A stretch of 64,000 nucleotides of DNA from an uncultured Actinomycetes bacterium (GTDB lineage Bacteria > Actinomycetota > Thermoleophilia > RBG-16-64-13). Positions 9,128 to 20,891 of the stretch are shown piece by piece. Below the pieces are notes generated by a model. It saw nothing but the letters and a program-made list of their open reading frames with translations. It was not told the DNA's origin and did not search any database. The stretch is from positions 704,001 through 768,000 of the forward strand of contig CAVPLM010000005.1 in NCBI GenBank assembly GCA_963706025.1. The letters run 5' to 3'. The position numbers and the translations under genes were made by a program. Every line of letters starts with the position of its first letter. Position 1 is the first letter of the stretch.

Positions 9128-10087
9128 CTACCCCAGGACTTCCCAGGCCGCCAACCCGCCACCGACGAGACCGGCTTTGTTCCCCAGCTTGGCCGCAGCG
9201 ACCTGCACGCGGTCCCTACCCGGCGGCAAGGCATTCTCACGCACGAACGCGCGGGCAGGGGATATCAGCAACTCACCCAGTTCCCCCACGCCTCCCCCGA
9301 CCACGATCATCTCGGGGTCGAAGATGTGCGTCAGGCCTACGAGACCGATGCCCAGCCATCCGGCAAGCTCATGCACCACTCCCAACGCTCCCGCGTCGCC
9401 CAACCGAGCGAGACGGCTAACTCGCGCCCCGTCAGCCGACCCTGTTCCGCAAGCTCGCGAAGAGCGCCGGTGGGATCCGTTGCGTCATCTTTGGCCCGGA
9501 CTTCGGCAAACCGCTCCAGCGCCGACCCGGAAGCGTACATCTCCAGACAACCTCTGTTCCCGCAGCGACAGGGCAGACCATCGGCCTGGACGACGACGTG
9601 TCCGAGCTCGCCGGCCCCGCCGCTCGCTCCTCGATAGAGCCGGCCGTCCAGGAAAAGGGCCCCACCGACGCCCGGTGCCCAGGGTCAGCATGACCACGTG
9701 CTGCAACCCGGCGGCCGCGCCGGCCACGGCTTCGCCCAGTACCGCGGCGTTGGCGTCGTTCTCGAGGACCACGGGGATGCCGAGGGACTCCTCGAGAATC
9801 CCGGCGAGTGGCACATCCTCGAGCGGAAGGTTCGGAGACGACAGGACGACGCCGTGCGCATGGTCGACGGTCCCGGCGCAGGCGAGGCCGATCGCTTCAG
9901 GTTGGAAGTCGGCGAAGTCCGCCAACGCCCGGCGCAGCGTGCTTTCGAGACCGCCGATGAAAGCCGCCGTCCCCACTGCCTGGCTGGAATCGAAAAGCGG
10001 CGGTGCGAGCTGCAATCCGGCCCGGTCCACCGGACCGACCGCGACTTTCGTCCCGCCGACGTCCACGCCAAGCACCGAGCTCATCAT
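9128..10087 (-). CDS. ROK family glucokinase (split by ~2 indels)
   Basis: GVDVGGTK, ENDANAA, LTLGTG and DPEMIVVGGGV..NKAGLVG in successive frames. Confidence 0.88.
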
Positions 10088-10359
10088 GTCTCCTCCTCCG
10101 GCATGCTCACGTCCTCTGTCGCGTCCTCTGATGGCTCCAGAGCCGCACGTGCCTCTTCCAGATCGCCCGGACGCACCAGGATATCCTGCTGTCCGCACCC
10201 ATCCACCGTCAGGCCGTAGACGACCGAAAGCGCGTCATGCCGGACCATGGCTTCGATCCCCGCGCTGCGCAACTTGGCCACGATTATCTCGGCCTCCACC
10301 GGATCATAGACCGTGGTCAACAAGACAGGCAAACCCGCCTCAGAGTCCGAGATCATCAC
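10084..10359 (-). CDS. DUF2007-like putative signal-transducing protein
   Basis: EAEIIVAKLRSAGIEA..ILVRPGDLEEARAAL pattern; overlaps neighbouring genes. Confidence 0.75.
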   Translation of the reverse strand: MMISDSEAGLPVLLTTVYDPVEAEIIVAKLRSAGIEAMVRHDALSVVYGLTVDGCGQQDILVRPGDLEEARAALEPSEDATEDVSMPEEET

Positions 10360-10894
10360 TCACCTCCTTCATAGCCTCCAGACCGATGGCGAGGAATTCC
10401 TCCAGGTCTATGCCCAGCTCCGTGCAGGTCATGATGTCCTCCCTGCGGGCTCCCTTTGCAAAAGAGGGCTCCTTGAATCGTTTCTTCAGGCTCTTCAGCT
10501 CCACCAGTTCGAGCCGCTTCTCAGGTCTGATGAGGGCCGCCGCCGTCACCAAACCGGTGAGGGGATCGCAGGCGAAAAGCGCCCGGTCCATGCGGCTCTC
10601 TATGCCCGATCCGTTCGCGGAATTGTGAGCGGCGATCGCGTGCAGCACGGCCTCGTCGTCGAGACCTTCCTCGCGCAGCCACTTCACGGTGAGAACGCCG
10701 TGGATCTCCATGGAATCGGCGGTCTCCTCAGCATCCAGATCGTGGAGCAGCCCGGCCAGGCGCCACGATGCCTCGTCCTCCCCCAGTCGCCGTGCGAGCG
10801 CCCCCATTATCGCCTCGGCAGCCAGCATGTGCTTGACCATGTTCTCGTTCCGGACGTGCTCCCGCACTATCCGGAGCGCCTCCTCTCTGTTCAC
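10340..10894 (-). CDS. HDIG/HD-domain hydrolase
   Basis: REEAL..KHMLAAEAIM, GLLHDLD, IAAH, ACDPLTG, LKKRFKEPSFAKG; start GTG 10894. Confidence 0.9.
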   Translation of the reverse strand: MNREEALRIVREHVRNENMVKHMLAAEAIMGALARRLGEDEASWRLAGLLHDLDAEETADSMEIHGVLTVKWLREEGLDDEAVLHAIAAHNSANGSGIESRMDRALFACDPLTGLVTAAALIRPEKRLELVELKSLKKRFKEPSFAKGARREDIMTCTELGIDLEEFLAIGLEAMKEVSDDLGL

Positions 10895-11403
10895 CGTCCC
10901 TCCGTCTGCCACAGAACCGTGGCCATTCGGGTAGCCCTTCTCACATCGTCCGCAGACCAACTGCTCCGCCCCAGAGCCGCCAGCTGCTCCCATTCCTGGG
11001 CCGAGGCCCAGCGCCACTCACTTGCCCCCTCCGGTTCCAGATGGAGGCGGTCGGTATCGCCTACGGGGCGGCAGGCCATGCTGACCGCCAGCAGGCGCTC
11101 GCCCTTATACATGGTCAGAAGCGCATAGCACGGGCCGCCCACCCGCACCTCCAGCCCGGTCTCCTCGGCGACCTCGCGCGCCACTGCCCCCGCCAGGTCT
11201 TCGTCTTCTTCCATCCGGCCCCCAGGCGGGTCCCAGGCGTCCACAGGGTGTTCTCGATGGAGAAGGAGCCACGTGCCGCCCCCGGCCCTGTCGCCGCCCA
11301 GAGCGCCGCCGCCCGCGTGCTCGTCTTCTCGACCGATCAGGCCCACCACCGCCACCCGTACGTACGGCGCCCGGGGATCGCCGGCGGGCCCATTGCCTCT
11401 CAT
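10891..11403 (-). CDS. NUDIX hydrolase
   Basis: Nudix box PGGRMEEDEDLAGAVAREVAEETGL. Confidence 0.9.
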   Translation of the reverse strand: MRGNGPAGDPRAPYVRVAVVGLIGREDEHAGGGALGGDRAGGGTWLLLHREHPVDAWDPPGGRMEEDEDLAGAVAREVAEETGLEVRVGGPCYALLTMYKGERLLAVSMACRPVGDTDRLHLEPEGASEWRWASAQEWEQLAALGRSSWSADDVRRATRMATVLWQTEGR

Positions 11404-12468
11404 GTACTCTTGGCCGCCGAGGCGAGCGTGGACAGGAGCCGCACCGCTTCCTCAGCCGCGATCCGGACCTGTCCGGCACTCACATCGAGATGCGTCACGA
11501 AACGCACCCGCGTCGGCGCAGCCACTCCGCACCATACGCCCCGCTCTCTGAGCGCCGCTACCACCCTCTCGGCAGTCGCACCCAGGGCACTGACGTCGGC
11601 GATGACGATGTTGGTCTGCACGGGGTGGACGATCTCTAGCCCCGGCACTTCCCGGAGGAGGTCGGCCAGGACCCGCGCCTTCTCGTGGTCTTCCACCAAA
11701 CGGTCGATGTTGTGTTCCAGAGCGTACAGAGCGCCCGCAGCCAGGATGCCGGCCTGCCGCATGGCTCCGCCGTAGCGCTTGCGATTGTTGCGCGCTTCCT
11801 CCACGAACTCGACCGACCCGGCTAGAGCGGAGCCCACCGGAGCCCCAAGCCCTTTGGAGAAACACACCGACACGGAATCAGCTGCGGCCGCATAGTCTCG
11901 GAGCGGGACCCCCGAGGCCTTGTGAGCGTTCCAGATGCGGGCTCCGTCAAGATGGACGCCGAATCCCCCGCTTCCGGGCCAACTGGGCGACCGCCTGCAT
12001 GGCCTCTAGCGGCCAGACGGTCCCGCCGCAGCGGTTGTGGGTGTTCTCCATCTCCACCGCGCCCGTACGGGCGAAATGCTCCCCCGGCGGTCGGATCGCC
12101 CGCTCCACCGCAACGGGGTCGAGGATGCCGAGCTCCCCCGGCAGCGGCCGCAGTTGCAGGCCCGAAAGGGCCGCAGCCGAACCACCCTCGTAGTGGAGCA
12201 CGTGGGCATCCTCGTGCACGATGACTTCGTCGCCCGCGCGGGTCAGCGTACGCAGACAGAGTTGGTTGCTCATCGTCCCAGAGGGCACGAAGAGGGCGGC
12301 TTCCTTGCCCAGCATCCCCGCCACCAGTTCCTGGAGACGATTGATGGTCGGGTCCTCGCGGTAGACGTCGTCCCCCACCGGAGCCTCGGCCATGGCCCGG
12401 CGCATGCCGGGACTTGGCCTGGTGACGGTGTCGCTGCGGAGATCGACCGGTTCGACGATGGGCGGCAT
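11400..12468 (-). CDS. ltaE: Low-specificity L-threonine aldolase (frameshift near 11960)
   Basis: [27 protein letters not shown], then [11 protein letters not shown] and [12 protein letters not shown] in the next frame. Confidence 0.92.
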
Positions 12469-12477
12469 CTCCCCTCC

Positions 12478-14776
12478 CTAACGAGGTGTAGAGTCCGGCA
12501 ATCCGCCGTCCACGGGGATCGTGGCCCCGGTGGTGGGGGTCTGGCGGGTGGCGAAGAAGAGCACCGCGTTCGCCACGTGGGCGGCAGTCACCTGAGTCTT
12601 GAGCAGATTCCTGCTCTGATAGTAGGCTTCGAGGCCGGCCTCATCCAAACCCCGCGCCTTCATACGGTCGGGGCCGACCTCCGCCCACAGGCCGGACTTG
12701 CAGGTGCCGCATGCGAACACAGCATCGGGCGAGACCATGTTCACCCGCACGTCGTCTCCGGCCAACTCCAAGCTGGCGATGCGGGCCAATTGATGAGCCG
12801 CTGCCTTGGTGGAGCTGTACGCACCGAAACTGGCCCCCGGGGAGAAGACGTTCTTGGTGGAGACGAGCACGATGTCGCCCCCGGTCTTCTGGCGCCGGAA
12901 CAGCCGAGCCGCCTCGGCCAGCACCAGCAAGGTGCCCTCCACGTTGACCCGTTCGAGCTTGCGATAATGCTCGAGATCCAGTTCGGTGAGCGGGGCCACC
13001 ATGGCGATGCCGGCGTTGGCGATCACCAGATCGATGCCGCCCCAGGTGCGACACACCTGGGCGAAGGCGGCCGACACGGAGGCCACGTCGGTCACATCGA
13101 GGGGGACGCCTATGATCTTGCCTGCGAAATCGGCCTCCATGTCACGGATCAGGGTGTCCAGGGAGGCGCCGGGCAGATCGGTGGCGGCTACCAGACAACC
13201 CACTTCGAGAAGACCCCGGCAGATACCGGTCCCGATGGCTCCGGCCGCCCCGGTGATCAAGGCTACGTGTCCGCGAAGAGCGACCGCACCGTCGCCGCTC
13301 GAGGCGGCCGCGGGAGAGCTCGACGCGGCCACCATCCCGCTCGACGCGGCCGCCATCCCGCTCGAGACAGCCCTCGGGGCGTACGAGCCCAACTTCGCGT
13401 GCTGGAGGGTGCGGTATTCCATGCGGAAGAGCTCGTCCTCGGGCAGCCCCTGATAGGGACCTCCGATGCCGGACGTCTCGGCAACGAGGGTCTTCACGCG
13501 CAGAGTGTGCTCGGTTATGTCTCCGACGATGGCGGACTCGCGCAGGTCCGGTCCGGCGCACAGTGCGCCCAGGCCGGGGATGAGGACCACCCGCGGCCGG
13601 GGGTCGAAAGGCTCGACGCCCGGCGGCATGTCTTGGGCGTGGCGTTCGAGGTAGGCCGTGTAGCCGTCGCAGTAGTCATCGACCGCCGATTCAAGCTGCT
13701 CGTGAAGCCGGAGCGGGTCGTCGTAAGCCAGTCCCTCCACCCACAAAGGCAGCGCCTTGGTGCGGATCAAGTGATCGGTGGTGAGCGCCGGGCTGACCAG
13801 CGCCTCGCGCGCCCCCGGTGCGGCCAGAGCAGCCAACACCTCGGGTCCGGTGAGCGCCCGCAGCACCACCCGCTGATAGGGGCGGTCGCAGTCGCCGGTG
13901 CGAGCGGCGAGCAGCCCGCGCACTACAGGCGCCACCGCGGCCAGTCGCTCGTCGGCCGCTGCGGCCCCGGCCGGTCCCGCGTCGGCAGCCGACGCGGCGG
14001 CCACCGGCGTAGCGGCAGCGGGTCCGGAGGCGACGCCGGCCGTCCCCGTGGCCGCCGTCTCTGTGGCCACCGGCCGGCGCGCCGCTCGGTGTCCTTCGAG
14101 GAACCGCTCCGCCCGTGACACCAACTCGATCATCGCCTCATACGACTCTCGGGCCGACTCCCCCCAGGTGGCGATGCCATGATACGCCCAGATCATCCCT
14201 CGAGCCGACGGATCGAGCCTCCAGGGCTGCAGCCGCCGCCAGGGCCAACTTGAAGCCTGGGGTGACGTAGGGCAGCACGATCACCTCGTCCCCCAGAGCC
14301 TGCCTGGCCACGGCCTCGCCATCCGGCCGGTTGGTGAGCGCCAGGATATGGTCGGCGTGTGTGTGATCGACGAAGGTCGCCGGAAGGAACGCGTGCACCA
14401 GAGCCTCGATCGAGGGAGTGAGGCTATCCGCCCGCAGCAGATGGGTCCGGAGTTGGTCGACCATCGCCCCATCATCCAGTTCGGTCAGCGGGCGCAGTCG
14501 ACGAAGATAATCGAGCTCGAGGCCACTGTGATCGCCCGGCTCCATGGAGGCCATGTCCACCCCGGAGGCCTTCACGAAGATGGCGTCTACCAGCTCGCCG
14601 AGGATGTTCTTCCAGGGGGCTTTGACCGAGGAGTTGCCGCCACCGTGAAGCACCAGCGCCGGTTCGGCCCCTAGTAGCCGGCTGGAGTACGTGCGAAAAG
14701 CGAGGGGCTCACCCCACTCAGCGCCGTAACGGGTCACGAACCCGGCGGCTTCCTCGTCCGACCACCTCGACTGCAT
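12478..14776 (-). CDS. Bifunctional class II aldolase / short-chain dehydrogenase (RhaD-SDR type; frameshift near 14200)
   Basis: LVLHGGGNSSVK, PSIEALVH, DHTHAD; SDR ITGAAGAIG, NAGIA, YSSTK. Confidence 0.9.
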
Positions 14777-14815
14777 GAACAGCCACCCCTGCTCTCGAAC
14801 TATCCCGCCCCTGTA

Positions 14816-15608
14816 CTACCCCGTCGATTCACCGCGCATAGCAGACAGCATGAATCCGGCGTTCGCGGCCGCCGCCTTCCCGTCGAACACGGCGCTGCCG
14901 GTAACAACGATGTCCGCACCCGAAGCCGCCAGGAGAGCGATGTTGTCTCGAGTAACGCCGCCGTCGACGCAAACCAGGATCTCTCTGCCTCTCGCGGCGA
15001 TCAGCTCCTTGACCTTTGCGACACGTGCATAGATCGTCGGGAGAAGGCGTCTGCCCACTCCATCCCGGGTCTACCGCCAGAAGGACGACCAAGTCGACCT
15101 CGTCCAACAGGGGCGCGGCCAGCCACTCCAGAGGAGTGCCCGGATTGAGAGCCAGGCCTCTGACCAGTCCCCGACCGGGTCCGGAGGCATGCTCCATCGA
15201 CCCGAGGTGCTGCAGCACCCGGTGGATGTGGATCGCCGACTCCACCTGGACCGTGATGATGTCGGCCCCCGCGGCCACATACGCGGCCAGCTTATCGAGG
15301 GGCTCGTCTATCATCAGATGAACATCCTTGAGAAGCGACGTATGCAGGCCCTTGATGTACGGTGGGCCGACGGTCATGGCAGGGCAGAAGCAGCCGTCCA
15401 TAACGTCCACGTGAACTATGCCCACGCCGGCCTGCTCGAGGAGCGCGAGCTCATCCCCCAGGTGCATGAGGTCGGCGGTGAGAGTGCCCACACTGATGGT
15501 GGGACACAGCGACCGCAAACGCTCCAGGGTGCCGGCTGCCGCTGCGGCCGCCGGGCTCCCCGCTGTGGGGTCGCCCGCCAAGGACCCGTTTGTCTGAACG
15601 CCGCCCAC
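14816..15608 (-). CDS. Ribulose-phosphate 3-epimerase family protein (LsrE-like; frameshift near 15050)
   Basis: HVDVMDG.F, DVHLMI, ALNPGTP, VDGGV, DIVVTGSAVF. Confidence 0.88.
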
Positions 15609-15615
15609 CCTGCTT

Positions 15616-16500
15616 CTACTTCTTCTCGTTCTTCAAAGTCTGGAAGAGCTCGTAGGCCTCCTCGGGTTTCATGAACTCGTGCACGACCTTGCTCACCGCC
15701 TGGATCATGGCCACCGGAGCATCGGACTGGAAGATGTTCCGACCCATGTCGACCCCCAACGCCCCTTCGCTCACCGCCTTGTAGGCCATGGTGAGGGCGT
15801 CCAGCTCGGGCAGTTTCTTGCCGCCTGCCATCACGACGGGCACCGGGCAGGACGCGGTCACGGTCTCGAAATCCTCTTCGATGTAGTAGGTCTTGACGAA
15901 ATTGGCTCCCAGCTCGGCGGCCATCCGGCAGGCCAGCCGGAAATAGCGGGCATCGCGGACCATGTCCTTGCCCACGGCGGTCACGCCCAGGACCGGGATG
16001 CCGTACCGGTAGCCCATGTCGACCAAACGGGTCATGTTGTGGATGGATTGGGTCTCGTACTCCCCGCCGATGAAGACCTGCACCGCCACGGCGGACACGT
16101 TCATGCGCACCGCGTCCTCCATGTCCACCGCCAGTTGCTCGTTGGAGAGCTCGCGGAGGATGCTGGGACCTCCGCTGGCGCGCATCACCACCCCTCGTTC
16201 GTAGGTCGGAGGGACGATGGAACGAAGGATGCCGCGGGTGAGCATCAGAGCGTCGGCGTATGGGGCGAGAGGAAGGATGCTGACGTCCACCCGCTCGAGC
16301 CCCGAAGTGGGGCCCTGGAAGTAGCCGTGATCGATGGCCAGCATGACCGTGCGGCCGGATTCGGCGCGGAATATGCGGGCCAACCGACTCTGCATGCCCC
16401 AGTCGAGGGAGGTGGAGCCCTTCAGGAAGAAGGCCTCTTGCCGTTGCGGTATGTCGAGATAATAGTTCTTGGATTCCTTGAGGCTGTCGATATCTGGCAT
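15616..16500 (-). CDS. lsrF: LsrF-type thiolase / class I aldolase fold
   Basis: [61 protein letters not shown]. Confidence 0.93.
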   Translation of the reverse strand: MPDIDSLKESKNYYLDIPQRQEAFFLKGSTSLDWGMQSRLARIFRAESGRTVMLAIDHGYFQGPTSGLERVDVSILPLAPYADALMLTRGILRSIVPPTYERGVVMRASGGPSILRELSNEQLAVDMEDAVRMNVSAVAVQVFIGGEYETQSIHNMTRLVDMGYRYGIPVLGVTAVGKDMVRDARYFRLACRMAAELGANFVKTYYIEEDFETVTASCPVPVVMAGGKKLPELDALTMAYKAVSEGALGVDMGRNIFQSDAPVAMIQAVSKVVHEFMKPEEAYELFQTLKNEKK

Positions 16501-16684
16501 GGATCGTTCTCCACATCGGCCGGCATGGAACGGACCAACAGATTCTAGCAGAGGGCGAACCACCGCCCGACTGTTTGGGAAGACCCCGTCCTCCTGCCAT
16601 AATGGCGCGAGACCACAGGACGTGACGGCAGGAAATGACGCGAGGACGCATGAAAGCAAGCGATCTCGGGAACGGCACTCAGCG

Positions 16685-17476
16685 ATGAGCGCCGTCAGTC
16701 ACATCAGATGTCGTGAGTGCCGGACTCCGAACGAGCCCGGAGCCTTGTTCTGCGGCCGTTGCGGCGCTTCTCTTACCGGCTCGATCCACGGCGGGGCCCG
16801 ACGCCGAGGCGGGCGTGTGACGGCCGCCGGCGTGGCGATGGGGTTTGCTCTTTTCCTCATACTGCTGGCGACCACGTTCATCCTGGGCTTCATCGTCTAT
16901 CGGGCGCTCGCGTTGGGCGAGACCGTCGACCCTTATGCCGGTCGATCCGGGACGACCGCCTCTATCGTCGCGGACGCTTCCGATAACCCCGGCGGCGCCG
17001 GCTCTGGCGGCTCCTCCTCCGCGCCTACCGCCACGGCCATCCGAGCGCCGGCCGCCTCCGCTTCCTCGGTGCTGAAAGCGACCACCAGCAGCAACTTCCG
17101 CCCTCCGAACCTACTCGATGACGACCTCACCACGGCGTGGATCGAAGGCGAGGAGGGGCCGGGGTCAGGCGAATGGGCGCGCTTCGACTTCTTCCAACCG
17201 GTTGTCCTCGACCGCCTCGAGATCGCCAACGGCTACCAGAAGGACGACGATCGCTTCTTCAGCCATGCGCGCGTCAAGTCCCTGAAGGTGGAGTACTCGA
17301 ACGGCGCCACCCAGTTGGTGGAGTTGCTGGACAGCAAGGATCTTCAGTCAGTCACCACGGCACGCAGAGCCACCGAGTGGATCAAGCTGACCATCGTCTC
17401 CGTCTATCCGGATTACGAGTGGGAGGACGCAGCCCTCTCCGAGGTGCGCGTATACGCATTGCCGGACGAGCAGTAG
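16685..17476 (+). CDS. Zinc-ribbon / single-TM / extracellular discoidin-like (galactose-binding-fold) protein
   Basis: CxxC..FCxxCG, hydrophobic helix, S/G linker, [32 protein letters not shown]. Confidence 0.78.
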   Translation: MSAVSHIRCRECRTPNEPGALFCGRCGASLTGSIHGGARRRGGRVTAAGVAMGFALFLILLATTFILGFIVYRALALGETVDPYAGRSGTTASIVADASDNPGGAGSGGSSSAPTATAIRAPAASASSVLKATTSSNFRPPNLLDDDLTTAWIEGEEGPGSGEWARFDFFQPVVLDRLEIANGYQKDDDRFFSHARVKSLKVEYSNGATQLVELLDSKDLQSVTTARRATEWIKLTIVSVYPDYEWEDAALSEVRVYALPDEQ

Positions 17477-18759
17477 GGGAGCGCCGCCCCCCGGCGCACC
17501 GCCTCCTTTCCGTATTTTTCCCGGATGGTATCCAGCTTGAGATCGAGCTCCCTGAGCAACGGCAGCTCCTGGTCGAAAAGGTCGTCCTGCCAGGCGCGCG
17601 GCACCAGGTTGCTGAGCCCCACTCCCACCAACCGCAGGTGATAGCGCCTGCGGCGCCCCGTGCCGGAAGAGGGCCAGCACTTCTTTGAAGAACGCCTCGT
17701 CCACATCCAGAGGCCGGGACAAGGTGTGGGAACAGGTGTGGGTGACGAAGTCCGAATAGCGGATCTTGACCGTCACCGTGCGGGCCTCCAGACGCTGGCG
17801 GCGCAGGCGGCGACAGACATCCTCGGTGAGCGCGACCAGCGTCGACTCGAGCAGGCTCACATCGGAGACGTCCTCTTCGAAGGTGTGCTCCCGGGAGATG
17901 GACTTCACCTCTTCGTTGGGAGTCACCCGGCGCAGGTCTTCGCCCCGGGCCCGGTGAGCGAGCAGTTCCCCCCACTCGCCGAAAGAAAGACGAAGCAGGT
18001 GCGGTGGCACCCGGGCCAGATCGCCCACGGTAGTCACGCCCCGGTCGCGTAGCTGTTCCAGGAGCGCCGGACCCACTCCCGGCAGTCGCTCCACGGGTAG
18101 AGGCGCCAGGAATTCCGCCTCCGTTCCCGGCGGGACCACGGTGAAACCGGCCGGCTTGTGATGGTCGGAGGCTACTTTGGCCACCAGCTTGTTCGTGGCC
18201 AGCCCTACGGAGATGCTCAGATGGAGCTCGTCCACCACCCGCCGCTGGATGAGCCGGGCCGTCCGCACCGGCGGCCCGAACAGCCGCTCGGTGCCGGTGA
18301 GATCGAGATAGGCCTCGTCCAGGCTCATCTGCTCCACCAGAGGCGAGTAGCCCTCCAGCATGGCCATCAGACGGCGGGAGTAGTCGAGGTAGAGCCGGTG
18401 ATGCCCGGTGAGATACACCCCATGGGGACAGAGACGCCTGGCAGTGCGGAGAGGCATGGCCGAATGTATGCCGTACCGCCGGGCCACGTAGTTGGCGGTG
18501 GAGACCACTCCCCGTTCCCCACCGCCGACGATGACCGGCTTGCCCCGCAGGGAAGGATCCCGATTCTCCTCCACCGCGGCGAAGAAGGCGTCGAAGTCGA
18601 GATGGGCTATCACCCGATGAGCGGCGTGCGGCCGGGCGATGGTGCCGGAAGCAGGCCGGGCGCCGGCCCCGGCGCCGCCGGGGCCGCGGCGGGTTTGGCG
18701 CCGCACCCTTCCCCGATGATGCCGGCGCCGGACTCAGTGGATGTGGTCCGTCCTTCCAT
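17413..18759 (-). CDS. dinB: DNA polymerase IV (frameshifts near the 5' end and near 17650)
   Basis: HLDFDAFFAAVE, STANYVAR, SLDEAYLD, KVASD..KPAG, VKIRYSDF, LRLVGVG. Confidence 0.93.
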
Positions 18760-18767
18760 GGGACTGT

Positions 18768-18796
18768 AGGATAACCGAACATATGTTCGTTGGCAA
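18768..18796 (-). promoter_or_regulatory. dinB promoter with Gram-positive LexA (SOS) box
   Basis: TTGCCA-N17-TATCCT; perfect palindrome CGAACATATGTTCG (18776-18789) in the spacer. Confidence 0.88.
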
Positions 18797-18846
18797 GGGG
18801 CATCGATCGGTCCGGCGGCCTTCATCGACCTCGGAGGCTTCGCCCG

Positions 18847-20742
18847 TTACCGAAGCAACAGGTAATAGAGCAGTACGCAGACCTCGCCTCTAGTGGCAGA
18901 ACCCATGAAGGCATAGCTCTGTCCCATGCCCACGATCCCGTCGAGAAGACCAGCATAAGCAGCCTTCCTGGCGTTCCGATAGTGCTCAGGGGTAGAGAAG
19001 CTGCCCTCAGTGAACGGCGCAACGTAGCCGTTGGGCGGCTCGATGAGATTGGCCGCGCGGCTGACCATTGTGATGAGTTGCTCTCGGGTTATGTTGGAGG
19101 TTGGGGCGAAGGTGGTCGCCGTCTTGCCCATGGTGATGCCGCTTGCCGCGCACACGGCCACATACTTGGAAGGGTAGAACGGATCGGTACCCACCTGCGC
19201 ATCAACATCGACGAAGGGGCAGATTTCATTCCCGGTCACGGTAAGGCCAAGGGTCTTCACGATCATCTTGGCGAACTGTTGGCGGGTCACAGGGTCGCCC
19301 GGGCCGAAGTTACCGTTGGTGTAGCCGTTGATGATGCGGCGGGAGGCCAGATCCATGATGGCGTTGTAGTAGGGGTGGGTGGAGGGGACGTCGGGGAAGC
19401 CAGCGACGGCCTTGGTGGTGAAGCTCCAGCTGTACATCCCGGGCAGGGGCAGGCCGTTGTCCGCCGTGACGTCGGTGCTCAGGCCGGCCGTGTAGACGGT
19501 GCCGGGCTGCAGGTCACCGGTAGGGTCGAGGGTGGCCGTGCGAGAGGCTGCGTCGTAAGTCACAGTGGCCGCCACCGGCTCGGCCGTCGCGGCCGCTCCC
19601 CACGGTCCGCCGGCGCGCAGCCCCAGCGTCGCCGGCGACGCCCGCAGGGTGAACGTGGCCACACTGATGCTCGAGGCGTCCATGTCGCGACTGAAGGCCG
19701 CGGTCACGCTGGTCGTCACAGCGACATCGGTGGCACCGTCAGCGGGTGAGTTGTTCTGCACGGTGGGCCAGCTGGGCGTCCCGCCGGCCGTGTGGAACAA
19801 GGCCCGGTAGGGACCGTCCATGGGGTTGTAGACCGCGTCGGTCACAGCAGCATCAACCACAAGCTGGTAGTCGGTGTTGGGTGAGAGGGTCACTAGGGGC
19901 TGGATGGTGACGCGGTGGGTGACGGGATCGTAGGTATTGAGGGCCGGGATCCGCGAGCCGCCGAGTTTGCGAACGAAGACCATGAAGGGGCCCATATTCC
20001 CCGAATCCATCTCCTCGCTGAACGTCACCGTCGGAACGACTTTCACGGATACGTCGACAGCACCAGGCGTTGGGTCGCTGGCGACGACCGTGGGCGCCAA
20101 CGGCGGACTAAGGCTGGTCGGCACGTTCAGGTGAACCAAGGGCGGATCGACGGTGCCACCCGCCTCCCAGCTGGCGCCGCCGGCATTCTTCGCCGGGTCC
20201 TCGGGGTCGGCGGCATCGGTCAGGCCGGCCACGAAGTCCAACTGGAAGTCGCCGGACTTGCCGTGGGTATCGATGTAGATCGTTACCGTGGTGGGCGTCT
20301 CGGCCTCCGTGGTGATGACGTCGCTGAACCCCGCCCACCAGCGGTAGCCGGCCTTGGGCCCGCCGTGGGTGGCGTCGACCGGCGCCGCTTCCCAGGTCGC
20401 GCCGAAGTAGTCTGCGATGGGGTGCGAAGAGTGGATCCGATGCTGACCCGTCTGGCTGCCCTGGGGTTGATACTTCGCGAAGTCGACCTCCCACTCCACG
20501 GGCATGCGGATGGCCAGCACGGCGCGCTGGTCTTCGGCGGCCGCAAGTGCCATTGCAGCACGCATCTGGGGTCCAGGCCAGACGGTCAAGGTCAGTGGAT
20601 AGCTGGGTCCGGCTTCGAACCCACCAGGTGGCAGCCCAAGGGTGTAGTTCACTAATCCGTAGCAGCCGCCGGTCACTAGCGCCGTGATTCCCAAAACCAC
20701 AAGGAGCGCAAGCCACCTGTAGCGCGACATGAGATAGCGCAT
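18847..20742 (-). CDS. Surface (lipo)protein with two Ig-like (Big_5) domains and C-terminal SLH domains
   Basis: Signal ..LVTGGC; two P..GA.DV..V.FS..MD..L.P..Y repeats; FPDVPSTHPYY..INGY..FGPGDPVTRQQFAKMI. Confidence 0.85.
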   Translation of the reverse strand: MRYLMSRYRWLALLVVLGITALVTGGCYGLVNYTLGLPPGGFEAGPSYPLTLTVWPGPQMRAAMALAAAEDQRAVLAIRMPVEWEVDFAKYQPQGSQTGQHRIHSSHPIADYFGATWEAAPVDATHGGPKAGYRWWAGFSDVITTEAETPTTVTIYIDTHGKSGDFQLDFVAGLTDAADPEDPAKNAGGASWEAGGTVDPPLVHLNVPTSLSPPLAPTVVASDPTPGAVDVSVKVVPTVTFSEEMDSGNMGPFMVFVRKLGGSRIPALNTYDPVTHRVTIQPLVTLSPNTDYQLVVDAAVTDAVYNPMDGPYRALFHTAGGTPSWPTVQNNSPADGATDVAVTTSVTAAFSRDMDASSISVATFTLRASPATLGLRAGGPWGAAATAEPVAATVTYDAASRTATLDPTGDLQPGTVYTAGLSTDVTADNGLPLPGMYSWSFTTKAVAGFPDVPSTHPYYNAIMDLASRRIINGYTNGNFGPGDPVTRQQFAKMIVKTLGLTVTGNEICPFVDVDAQVGTDPFYPSKYVAVCAASGITMGKTATTFAPTSNITREQLITMVSRAANLIEPPNGYVAPFTEGSFSTPEHYRNARKAAYAGLLDGIVGMGQSYAFMGSATRGEVCVLLYYLLLR

Positions 20743-20891
20743 GTCTTTCCCTCCCGAGACCCGAACCGGCCCTCTCGTCGTCGCCCACCGGCACGCCTGG
20801 CGGTCGTGGCCCACCAACACTCGTAGCGGTCGCGACGCCGGGATCAGTGAAGTTGCTTCAGTCTATCACCCATGTCTGGGTCGTAGGCAGA

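Noticed and set aside
12037-14118. Long antisense ORFs (this 693-aa one, 48482-49984, 9177-10628 and others)
   Set aside because: Shadow ORFs of high-GC genes on the opposite strand, with no recognisable motifs.
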